Part shown: in pieces, positions 10,132 through 18,400 of the stretch
Layout of the letters: each line of letters opens with the position of its first letter
Position numbering within the stretch: position 1 is the stretch's first letter
Source of the DNA: a virus
IMG/VR virus record: IMGVR_UViG_3300018890_000001
Location: 628-64,627 of that record
Strand: one strand, 5' to 3'
Length of the DNA: 64,000 nucleotides
Position numbers and translations under genes: made by a program
The notes under the pieces: model-generated
Told to the model about the DNA's origin: nothing
What the model saw: only the letters and a program-made list of their open reading frames with translations
Databases searched by the model: none

Positions 10132-10308
10132 TTACGCAAATTTAACAGCAGCCGTGTGGCTATCAAAACCACGTTTGCAAATAGCTAATTGAGCTAGACC
10201 AAGACCCCACCAAGTAGGCTTGTCTGCCCAGACAATTATTTCTCCATTTCCTTCCTCTGTCCAAATCCTGATTGGACAACCGTCATGAATTGTTTCCTAT
10301 TCTTTCAT
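10132..10308 (-). pseudogene. Small gene with in-frame TAG at codon 4
   Basis: GAGGTG precedes ATG AAA GAA TAG; the frame then stays open for 54 codons (ETIHDGCPIRIW...VKFA*). Confidence 0.5.
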
Positions 10309-10375
10309 AAGACACCTCTAATTTTTACCTCAAATCAAAAAAAACTCCAGCGCGATTTGCACTGAAGCTTTTTTG

Positions 10376-10828
10376 TTATTTTTTGATTGCGTCCTGTAAT
10401 ATTTGTGCAACTTTCCTCAAACTTCCACTTGAAGAGTAGCGTGCATCCATCACCGTTTTCAAGATGGTCACGTAATCGTCAGCATTCCAATGATTGTTCA
10501 AAACCAAAACACTCAAAGCTTCTCGAAACGCTTCTATCGGGACAATGGGAGTGTTTTTAGCGAGGCATCCTCTGACTATAGAGGTCTGCGCTCGTCTATC
10601 CCAGTCTTCTTGAATTTCGGGAGTGACAATTGATATTTGATAACCAGCAGCCTCTTTCTTAGTAGCAAAGCCGTCTACTTTTTTGAATTTAATACTTGGA
10701 TCACTTTCTACCGTAATAGAGCGATCGGTAACAGCCAAAACTATAGTCTGATACCACGGTCTACTCGAAGAGGGCTTAACCGCGACGATATCACCAACAC
10801 TCAAGTCACGCAAACATCTAATTGCCAT
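10376..10828 (-). CDS. Hypothetical protein with SH3/KOW-like N-terminus
   Basis: LSVGDIVAV...TIVLAVTDRSITVE beta-barrel pattern. Confidence 0.65.
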   Translation of the reverse strand: MAIRCLRDLSVGDIVAVKPSSSRPWYQTIVLAVTDRSITVESDPSIKFKKVDGFATKKEAAGYQISIVTPEIQEDWDRRAQTSIVRGCLAKNTPIVPIEAFREALSVLVLNNHWNADDYVTILKTVMDARYSSSGSLRKVAQILQDAIKK

Positions 10829-10888
10829 TGGATTCGACAGATAAACTACATTTAAATCATATACATCTCCAGCGAGAAAGTCAACATA

Positions 10889-11170
10889 TTGTACAATATG
10901 TACATACCATCAAAACCGTCAATATTTATGTTATATCGAATACTGCCAACAAAATCAGGACAATACCCGCTGACTGGAGATATCTCGTGTATTCAAACAG
11001 CCGCCGATCACCAACACATGATCGGTAATTTAAAAGCATTTGCTCTGCGGTTAACTTGCATGGCAAGTTTGCTTGAGATTTACGATATGCCCGGAGGACT
11101 GGAAGAGGCTGTCGAGACTTTAGAATCGATCGCCAAGTTTTACGATAAAACCGACACACAATCTAAATAA
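10889..11170 (+). CDS. Hypothetical protein
   Basis: ORF track; true start may be internal. Confidence 0.4.
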   Translation: MYNMYIPSKPSIFMLYRILPTKSGQYPLTGDISCIQTAADHQHMIGNLKAFALRLTCMASLLEIYDMPGGLEEAVETLESIAKFYDKTDTQSK

Positions 11171-11173
11171 GCC

Positions 11174-11407
11174 GTGCCCAACCAAAACACGAACGAACCA
11201 CATCATGTAATTGTCACGCTATCTGACGACGCCTTCAATCTATTAAAAGAGCTTGCCGAAAATCAAGACATCGATCTCGATGAAGCAGTTCGACGGGCGA
11301 TCTCAACAGAAGAGTTCTTTTATAGTCGCCGTAAAGAAGGCTGTATTGTGCTAACAGTTAAAAACAAGAAAATTGAAGAGGTTTATTTTAGAGTGCCTAT
11401 CACTTAG
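11174..11407 (+). CDS. Ribbon-helix-helix (CopG-like) DNA-binding protein
   Basis: VIVTLSDDAFNLLKELAENQDIDLDEAVRRAI fits the RHH pattern common in cyanobacteria. Confidence 0.7.
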   Translation: MPNQNTNEPHHVIVTLSDDAFNLLKELAENQDIDLDEAVRRAISTEEFFYSRRKEGCIVLTVKNKKIEEVYFRVPIT

Positions 11408-11508
11408 TGGAATAATGGTGATCGAAAAGCAATGCGATCGCCATTATCTTGATTGATTTTTACCTAGAAGTATTTTATACTGATAAAGTAAGTCGATAGG
11501 AGTCAATC

Positions 11509-11850
11509 ATGTTAATCGTAACCGAAAAAATGTTTAGAGATGTCATGGGTAGCGCTTACCCACTGTCCTTCTCTCAAGAGGCGCTAGAGCTAATTCATCA
11601 ATATTTCAGTCAAGAAAAGAGTTGCCATACTGAATTTCGCCCGATGGATATCGACATCAATTTCAACGAGGAATCTTATTTTGATTGTGTAGAAAACAAT
11701 GATGTTCCGATAGAAGGTCTAGAAGAAGCGTCTTCTGAATTCGAGAGAATCGAAATCGTTAAAGAGGCAATATCAACTTTTTTGGAAGAGAAAGGTACTT
11801 TGGTAGGTTTTACATCCCGGCACACCGTTGTCTACAAAACTAATCGCTAA
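11509..11850 (+). CDS. Acidic phage protein, paralog 1 of 3
   Basis: FS.EALELI..Y...E...F.P..I...F.E and C-terminal GFTSRHTVVY are shared with the next two genes. Confidence 0.75.
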   Translation: MLIVTEKMFRDVMGSAYPLSFSQEALELIHQYFSQEKSCHTEFRPMDIDINFNEESYFDCVENNDVPIEGLEEASSEFERIEIVKEAISTFLEEKGTLVGFTSRHTVVYKTNR

Positions 11851-11896
11851 AACAAAGAAGCCCGGAACTAACATTAGTCCTAGGCTTCTTTGTTTT
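11849..11896. terminator. Bidirectional terminator
   Basis: AAAACAAAGAAGCC / GGCTTCTTTGTTTT. Confidence 0.75.
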
Positions 11897-11955
11897 TAGT
11901 TGTGTTAATTTGTATAGTCTAATATAATTTAAGTGTAGCGATCTTAAGGCGACTT

Positions 11956-12327
11956 ATGTATTTACCAGTAAACAAAGAAACTTTTGTCAATTATATTAGT
12001 AAGCGCTTTCCTGATAGGTTCACAAAGAAAGGTTTAGGTATTTTATTTGACTACCTAAAACAACACGAAGAACGGACAGGAATAGAAGAAGCTCTCGACC
12101 CACAGCAAATATTGCTGTCTTACGAGGAGTCAAACTATTACAGGTTTGCACCCAAACACCAGATTGAAGAGTCTATCGGTGAGGGAAAGAAACTTTGTAG
12201 TAGTATTGGCGCCAGTGGTCGCAGTTTTAAAGAGCTTCAGCAAAACGTGAAGAAACATATAGAAAGATCTAGTGCAATTTGTATTGGATTTACTTCTGAC
12301 AAAACCGTAGTCTATACTCGGAACTAA
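11956..12327 (+). CDS. Phage protein, paralog 2 of 3
   Basis: FTKKGLGILFDYLKQHEE...LDPQQI...YEE and GFTSDKTVVY. Confidence 0.75.
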   Translation: MYLPVNKETFVNYISKRFPDRFTKKGLGILFDYLKQHEERTGIEEALDPQQILLSYEESNYYRFAPKHQIEESIGEGKKLCSSIGASGRSFKELQQNVKKHIERSSAICIGFTSDKTVVYTRN

Positions 12328-12367
12328 TAAAAGCCCAGTAGATCAAATTAATCTACTGGGCTTTTAT
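12327..12367. terminator. Bidirectional terminator
   Basis: ATAAAAGCCCAGTAGAT / ATCTACTGGGCTTTTAT. Confidence 0.8.
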
Positions 12368-12428
12368 TGATTGACTATATATTGACTCAATGTTATAATT
12401 TAAATACAAATAAATCGAGGTAGTCGAT

Positions 12429-12785
12429 ATGTATAATACTCTCAGAGAATCGGATTTCGCTGGACAGTAAGACGACTGTCGTCCTGGTGAGTTCTCGGAT
12501 GAAGGATTCAAACTCTTGTATGCAGAGTTAATCCGTATAGAGACAGAAGATGGCGAAGAATCGGAATTTGATCCAGAAAGAATCGCAGGCGAGTACAATG
12601 AATGCGATTATGCCGCGTTCATGGACGAGTATAAACTCGAACTAGATGAGGACGAAGAGTATGAAGACGAATTTGAAGAGGAGGAAGCCATTAAGGAATT
12701 AATTAAAGAATTCCTTGATAACAAGAGTGCATTCTGTGCTTTCACGGATGAAGGCACGGTTGTCTACTTCTACAACTTCGAGTAA
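12429..12785 (+). pseudogene. Paralog 3 of 3, interrupted by in-frame TAA at 12468-12470
   Basis: ATG 12429 after GAGGTAG gives MYNTLRESDFAGQ*DDCRPGEFSDEGFKLLY..., in frame with ORF 12516-12785, which ends AFTDEGTVVY. Confidence 0.7.
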
Positions 12786-12796
12786 CCTGAACGAAT

Positions 12797-12837
12797 AAAA
12801 AGCCCAGCAGATCTGAATTGGATCTGCTGGGCTTTTT
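12797..12837. terminator. Bidirectional terminator
   Basis: AAAAAGCCCAGCAGATC / GATCTGCTGGGCTTTTT; near-identical to 12327-12367. Confidence 0.8.
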
Positions 12838-12857
12838 ACTGATCGATCGCCCACTAA

Positions 12858-13034
12858 TTAAACTGACTTCGGTTGGCGACTAGAGAGATCGAGTTCACTG
12901 ATAGTGGGCTTAATATCACGGGAAAGGGGGAGTCTTCTGGGTAAACCAAGCACGATCGCCCGCTCGTCAGATTTGGGTTTGCGAGATATGCGAGTCGTTA
13001 CGGGTTGCTGTTTAACTTTAGGTAAGCGCGGCAT
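12858..13034 (-). CDS. Small basic hypothetical protein (58 aa)
   Basis: Manual translation MPRLPKVKQQ...RQPKSV*; TGATG overlap with the HNH stop; GAGGT upstream. Confidence 0.5.
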   Translation of the reverse strand: MPRLPKVKQQPVTTRISRKPKSDERAIVLGLPRRLPLSRDIKPTISELDLSSRQPKSV

Positions 13035-13438
13035 CAATACCTCTTGAGGTTGCTGTTTTTCTCGAATCTAGCATATATCGAAAGTAGTCGGGCGATCGCC
13101 CGCAAGTAAAAATCAAGCAGATTCCGCAACCACGGAATTTTGCGATCGTAAATCCAGTGGACGAAGCTGTGGCATTTTGAGTGCAGCGGAACGCAGTCGC
13201 GAGCGAACTCTTCGGATTCTAAATTTTGGTAATGTAGGTGGTGAGCGTGATTCGCTTTCAGCCACGGCAGCAGGACGCACCGATCGCCAGTCGCTGCTTT
13301 AAATGCTTTTGATTTATATCTCCATTCGGGCGATCGGATATAACGAGTGTATTGCGATGAAAATGTTTTACGCATGACAGTAGATAAGCTGAAAATATAA
13401 TTAGTTCTATAATAACAGTTACAGCAATCTATAACCAC
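13034..13438 (-). CDS. Small HNH endonuclease (likely start 13375)
   Basis: YIRSPEWR...RC...HAHHLHY...CVPLHSKCH. Confidence 0.8.
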   Translation of the reverse strand: MVIDCCNCYYRTNYIFSLSTVMRKTFSSQYTRYIRSPEWRYKSKAFKAATGDRCVLLPWLKANHAHHLHYQNLESEEFARDCVPLHSKCHSFVHWIYDRKIPWLRNLLDFYLRAIARLLSIYARFEKNSNLKRY

Positions 13439-13494
13439 TTTACTTTAATAGAATTAAATCGTATAATAAAAAAGTAGTCATTCAGAGATCGATC

Positions 13495-13905
13495 ATGGTA
13501 TTCGACATACATAGACCAGACGTTAATGGTGCCCCCCCGAAGATGCAAAGCCTGGTTGCTTTATTTAGTAACCCGGATCTTGAAAAGATCCCTTATTACA
13601 GAGTGCGGACTGATGACAATATACTATCAAGCATTATAATTTTCGGATCTTTTGATCCCGCAGAAAGCTGGGTCAATAAGATCTACGAAAATTCAAGGTA
13701 CTTCAGATTTACTGTGTATTCTGAAAAAGGAAAACGCTATTACACTGAAGGAGAATCCGTAAGAATTGAGTTATTGACATTTGGTCACAAACTCAAAACG
13801 TTTGAAGGATTCAAGAAGTTTCGGAAGTACACAGGTGCGCCTGAGCAGTGCGCTGATAAGCTCAAAAAATGGCTGATAGCGACCGCTGAACTGGTGAACT
13901 CCTAA
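13495..13905 (+). CDS. Hypothetical phage protein, paralog A
   Basis: LF.NP...KIPYY...GSFDPAESW...SRYF.F, shared with 14018-14416. Confidence 0.75.
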   Translation: MVFDIHRPDVNGAPPKMQSLVALFSNPDLEKIPYYRVRTDDNILSSIIIFGSFDPAESWVNKIYENSRYFRFTVYSEKGKRYYTEGESVRIELLTFGHKLKTFEGFKKFRKYTGAPEQCADKLKKWLIATAELVNS

Positions 13906-13906
13906 T

Positions 13907-13947
13907 AAAAAGAGCGCAATATATTCGATATACATTGCGCTCTTTTT
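13907..13947. terminator. Bidirectional terminator
   Basis: AAAAAGAGCGCAAT / ATTGCGCTCTTTTT. Confidence 0.75.
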
Positions 13948-14017
13948 CATTGTTGATTGCATTTACATTACTTAAACAAAAAGATATACTAATAAGTAGT
14001 AGTTTATTTCAATTACC

Positions 14018-14416
14018 ATGACATCAAACAATCAACCTGCTAAAAATAACCCAGCTTGTATGAGCGTATTGGTTCCTCTTTTTGAGAACCCATTACCAAA
14101 TAAAATCCCCTACTGGGAAGTAAGCGCAAGCGATACCCCGATCGCCCACTTATCTGTTGCTGGCTCGCTCGATCCAGAAGAATCATGGTCGCATGGAGTG
14201 TTGTTTCACTCTTTGTACTTCATGTTTCATATCAGCCCGACCATTGGGGTCAACAAGTTGGCGTGGGAACCTAGAGAAAAAATCCGAATAAATATTAGAG
14301 CGCGTGATAGCGTGTTACGGATCGCAAACTTCTCGGATTACACCAGGACACCTAAGCAATGTGCTACACGAATGCGAAAATGGTTGAAAACCATCGTGAC
14401 ATATCTCGCAAAATAA
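14018..14416 (+). CDS. Hypothetical phage protein, paralog B
   Basis: LFENP..NKIPYW...GSLDPEESW...SLYF.F...YTRTPKQCA. Confidence 0.75.
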   Translation: MTSNNQPAKNNPACMSVLVPLFENPLPNKIPYWEVSASDTPIAHLSVAGSLDPEESWSHGVLFHSLYFMFHISPTIGVNKLAWEPREKIRINIRARDSVLRIANFSDYTRTPKQCATRMRKWLKTIVTYLAK

Positions 14417-14421
14417 ATGCT

Positions 14422-14465
14422 AACAAAAGCCCCATGTACAGAATTCTGTACATGGGGCTTTTGTT
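14422..14465. terminator. Bidirectional terminator, perfect 44-bp palindrome
   Basis: AACAAAAGCCCCATGTACAGAA followed directly by its reverse complement. Confidence 0.8.
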
Positions 14466-14568
14466 TTTTGTGCTCGCACCATGTAGTTAATATTATTGGT
14501 GATGTTTACAGGAATCTACAATATGTTAATATTATAAACGTAGTCAATGTGAGTATCCATGCCCGACA

Positions 14569-15324
14569 ATGAAAAATACTTCTAGAAACCAAAAAATTTC
14601 AGAGTTAAGCTGGCTAAGTATCATAAACAGAAATTCTTCTATAATGGTTGACATCAATGTAAGCCGGATAACCTTGATTGGTGGTTTGATCTACGATACA
14701 GTTCCTGGCATCGCAGAAACAGCGGGTCAAGCCTCGAAGTCATTTACAAAAGTTCGCCCAATACTACCATTCACACGACGAAGCAGCGCTTGGACATCTG
14801 AACAATACAATCGAGTAGTTAAATCGACTGATACCGAAATGTTTTTAGAGATGCTTCAAATTGCTGACAGCAGTATCAAAGAAGTTGATATCGATATTAA
14901 TTCGGAAGTGAGCATCTATAGAGCGAAGGGTTCCGAAAGGTTGGTCACGGCAGATCACGTTTTGCAAACACTGGCACAAGCAGCCTTCAGTTTGATCAAT
15001 CACAAATTCTTGGCGATCGAACAAATCGAGAACGGTCTTTACATCAGTAGTTACAAAGATTTGTGGGTTCATTTGTTTGAGATGTCTGCTCTTTTCGAGG
15101 CTCAAATAATTGCTACAACCCACAGCACCAAGATGATCAAAGCTTTTGCTGAGGTGTCAGGTTCATTGGGGAAGGATGAATACTATAGTTCCAGTTCTTA
15201 TGTAGAACTCGCCCGCAAAGAAAAAAGTAACGAACTTGTGACGGTCAGTCGCGATGCGGATACAGTGCTGTATGCGCTAGAACATTCTAAAGACGTACAA
15301 GGAGGGTGTAGTATTGGAAGCTAG
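14569..15324 (+). CDS. Degenerate AAA_21/ABC-type ATPase homologue
   Basis: FLAIEQIENGLY aligns with Walker B LLIDEIENGLH. QIIATTHS is the H-loop. No GxxGKS/T after the ITLIGG strand. Confidence 0.65.
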   Translation: MKNTSRNQKISELSWLSIINRNSSIMVDINVSRITLIGGLIYDTVPGIAETAGQASKSFTKVRPILPFTRRSSAWTSEQYNRVVKSTDTEMFLEMLQIADSSIKEVDIDINSEVSIYRAKGSERLVTADHVLQTLAQAAFSLINHKFLAIEQIENGLYISSYKDLWVHLFEMSALFEAQIIATTHSTKMIKAFAEVSGSLGKDEYYSSSSYVELARKEKSNELVTVSRDADTVLYALEHSKDVQGGCSIGS

Positions 15325-15562
15325 TGAACCGTCAAGGGACGCGGCGTGGCATGAAGCTCGGAGCATTGCCTGTGTCAATATTGCCCGAATCCTTGCAAAA
15401 CTGAATGTCGGTCGTCCGGGTAAACTTAGTATTCTCGAACGTAACTTGGCAGAAGCAAGGGAGCTGCTAGAGGAATCGAAAGGGTCGATCGCCCAGAAAG
15501 ATATAAGTCAACCCAAACAGCAACCCGTCGAAAAAGAGGAGACTCCAGAAATCGACTGGTAA
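15314..15562 (+). CDS. Hypothetical protein
   Basis: 82-aa ORF overlapping the upstream stop; GGAGGG upstream. Confidence 0.5.
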   Translation: MEASEPSRDAAWHEARSIACVNIARILAKLNVGRPGKLSILERNLAEARELLEESKGSIAQKDISQPKQQPVEKEETPEIDW

Positions 15563-15666
15563 TGTTAAGATTCCAAAATACCCAATTCTCAGACAACCGA
15601 TCACTGTATTTGATCGGTTTTTTGTTGGATTCCAAATCCTAAAACCAACCTTAATTTTTTAAAAAT

Positions 15667-16173
15667 ATGCCTGTAACCGCTCCGCTGCTACCGCCATTTG
15701 AAGCAACTGTTACCAAGATTTCTGATGGAGACACGATAAAAGTTATGATTCCAGGGTCTTTAGAAGAAGTGACGATCCGGTTTGCTTGTGTCGATACCCC
15801 AGAAAGGGGACAGCTTGGCGGAAGTGCCGCAACAGCCCATTTGAAATCTGTTTTACCTCCTGGCTCGGTCGTTCAAATTGTACCGACAAGCGTGAAAGAC
15901 CGATACGATCGCCAGCCAGGATTTGTAATTTTCGACAAACTAAACGTAAACGTTGCCCAAGTCGCTACCGGACACGCTTGGGTTTACATCGAATACCTGG
16001 GAACTTGTCCACAGTACGTCAATGTCTTGAACGAAGCGCAAGAAGCAGCGCGGCTGAATGAACTAGGTCTGTGGCAGGGGAAAGTTAAACCATGCCCTCC
16101 CTGGGAATGGCGCGTAAATAGATGTATGCCACCAATGCCATTGCCGGATTGCAAACCCGTTTCTACTCCTTAA
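15667..16173 (+). CDS. Thermonuclease (SNase-like)
   Basis: VTKISDGDTI...IRFACVDTPE...DRYDR...GHAWVY...ELGLW. Confidence 0.9.
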   Translation: MPVTAPLLPPFEATVTKISDGDTIKVMIPGSLEEVTIRFACVDTPERGQLGGSAATAHLKSVLPPGSVVQIVPTSVKDRYDRQPGFVIFDKLNVNVAQVATGHAWVYIEYLGTCPQYVNVLNEAQEAARLNELGLWQGKVKPCPPWEWRVNRCMPPMPLPDCKPVSTP

Positions 16174-16231
16174 GCATGAGCGGGATGCTATTTCGATTTG
16201 TTAGCTTTACCCAAAGCGTAGAGGTGATGTT

Positions 16232-16498
16232 ATGGGAAAAATGGCATGGCTGTACGGGAGATCACCCAAATTCAGAATTCTCCATTTAAATGTCGATGGT
16301 AGTGGCTGGCGACCGTACACCCATTTTCCACAATATTCTGTACGCGATTACGAGATAAAAAGTGGTTCCAAAGGCTGGGCAACTTACCAAAAACTACGAC
16401 ACGCCGGATGGGAACTTATCGAAACTGCGATTGCTGAAAGCACACGATTGCCTGTATTGGCAATGATTGGTGGCGACGGACATAGAATGGGTGGATGA
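16232..16498 (+). CDS. Cyanobacterial-type conserved hypothetical protein
   Basis: WRPYT.FPQY...GSKGWATYQKL..AGW.L motif recalled from filamentous cyanobacteria. Confidence 0.65.
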   Translation: MGKMAWLYGRSPKFRILHLNVDGSGWRPYTHFPQYSVRDYEIKSGSKGWATYQKLRHAGWELIETAIAESTRLPVLAMIGGDGHRMGG

Positions 16499-16598
16499 AA
16501 AAGGAAAGTCGCACAACATGGTTTTGTTTACCGCCCTTACTTATCCGATCAAAACAATGATCGTACGCGGGCGATCGGTCAACCTCAGTTAAAATAAA

Positions 16599-16946
16599 AT
16601 GGCATTCCTAAAACTAACAATTCCAAAGCAACAGAACGAAGAAACTCCGACCGACACATTAGAAGTAGAAGATGAGGCGATCGTTATCACATCGATCGCC
16701 AGCTTCTACAAAGTAGGCTTAATTAGCTACTGGGTGCTAAGTCCGCAGGGCTTGACGTTTACAAAGAGCGGCAGTAATTTTTCTAGCCTCAAACTCAGGA
16801 AAGACAACGCAAACCCAGACGATTTGACGCTGGAAGTAAGGTACGCAACCAGCGACGCTAAAGAGGTTAGCGGAAACATAACCGTAGCTAAGATGCAATT
16901 TGTATCGGAACTACCACATGATGTCCATATTAAATTAAACCAATAA
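16599..16946 (+). CDS. Hypothetical beta-rich protein
   Basis: 115-aa ORF ending at a terminator. Confidence 0.65.
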   Translation: MAFLKLTIPKQQNEETPTDTLEVEDEAIVITSIASFYKVGLISYWVLSPQGLTFTKSGSNFSSLKLRKDNANPDDLTLEVRYATSDAKEVSGNITVAKMQFVSELPHDVHIKLNQ

Positions 16947-16987
16947 AATAGCGGGTGATCGATTAATCGATCACCCGCTATTTTATT
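16942..16987. terminator. Bidirectional terminator, perfect 46-bp palindrome (CGATC-core family)
   Basis: AATAAAATAGCGGGTGATCGATT + AATCGATCACCCGCTATTTTATT. Confidence 0.8.
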
Positions 16988-17283
16988 TATTTGATTTTGA
17001 ATCGCATTACAAGCTTAGGGATTCCAAGAAGTTCTACCCCAGTATTGACAATTGATTCGTTGTACGTTTCGCGCATTCTTTCTACAACCGCTTTTCTAGC
17101 AAGTTCTAAGTAGTCGTGGGTTGAATAAGATCCGAAACCTTGTAGTGGTAATTTCGCAGAAGCATGGTGACAGGGTTCCCAGTAGTCACCAACAACAATC
17201 AGCTCATTTTCATTAGCAGCAAAAGTACACCCGGAGCATTTATAGATACCGTTGTGTTCCGTTACGTGGATAGTTGGTGGCAT
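16987..17283 (-). CDS. Hypothetical protein with Cys/His motifs
   Basis: 98 aa; CSGC and PCHH may bind Zn. Confidence 0.6.
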   Translation of the reverse strand: MPPTIHVTEHNGIYKCSGCTFAANENELIVVGDYWEPCHHASAKLPLQGFGSYSTHDYLELARKAVVERMRETYNESIVNTGVELLGIPKLVMRFKIK

Positions 17284-17387
17284 ATGATTGAATATTTAAA
17301 CTACATCTATATAGTATGATATTTTTTATTGTCTGTAAAGCTGTTTTGCAAAGGCGAGTAGTCAGTGTAAATCACCCGCCCCTTTGT

Positions 17388-18294
17388 TTATATTGATTTT
17401 CTACGAAGGTTTTCGATCGTCAACCAATCAGAATTCATCAGTAATCGCATAAAATCTTTAGTTTCACCTGTAGGTGCGTCCCAATGATTAGCCATCACTG
17501 AAGCAACTAAATTAGAATCTAATGTATGATCGTAGTCAAGCAAGCTATGCGCATCTGCACCTGCAGCTACAGAGCCCATCATCGTCCACAAACTTGTATA
17601 TTTTTCCATCGATCCAACCACGTCGTTTCTCAAAGAACATCTTGCGTACTATTGTGCAACACTCCCGCGCTTATTTAAGCTTGTAATACACTTGCAAAAT
17701 CCAATAATTGCGTCAGTGAGAAATTACATAGCCGCCCTTTTATTAGCGCAGACAACTGATCTCGCTCAATATTCAGGATTTTACAAGTTTGCCCCAAGTA
17801 CCTCCACCGTTATCGGGAACACCCTCAAACACTTGATATAACTCAAGCATGGGAATTCCCATATTTGATCCTAGGTGGTTTAAGCTCTCTTGAGTACGCT
17901 TATTCCGAAGCCAGTCGGCAACATTTTTCTGCGGCTCTCCTGGGTTTATGCTGGATACGGTATCAGACACAACTGTTCGCGATTCTGTGATGCCCTTGGA
18001 GTAAGGATATGCGGTTTGTTTATCACCACAAACTCAGGAGAGCCTTTTCTGCTTACCAGTCGCTTGCTTATGTGCAGTCGCCATCGCCGTCGCATTGATA
18101 TAGAACAGTTCATTTGAGTCGCTGAACGTTTTTGGTTTGTAGCTGTGTCGATGCGCTAAAGTCCAGCACCGATCGCCCGCAAGATTATCTGTTTCGCGCT
18201 CAGATGTTCCGTCAAAAAATAGCGGTGTACTCGATTTTTGAAGACAAGCTCTGGACGGGTAAGTGCCACCTTGGGAGCCACAAAATAATCTCAT
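17388..18294 (-). other. Three short ORFs (17388-17633, 17773-17970, 18034-18294), small genes or fragments of a decayed gene
   Basis: Same-strand short ORFs without clear RBSs, downstream of the rep-like gene. Confidence 0.3.
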
Positions 18295-18322
18295 GTTAGG
18301 TTCCAGTTATTGGGTTTTAGAT

Positions 18323-18400
18323 ATCAGTCATCAGTCATCAGTCATCAGTCATCAGTCATCAGTCATCAGTCATCAGTCATCAGTCATCAGTCATCAGTCA
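18323..18400. repeat. Heptamer tandem array (ATCAGTC)x11, STRR-like
   Basis: 11 perfect copies starting at the stop codon of the rep-like gene; resembles cyanobacterial STRR heptamers. Confidence 0.95.
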
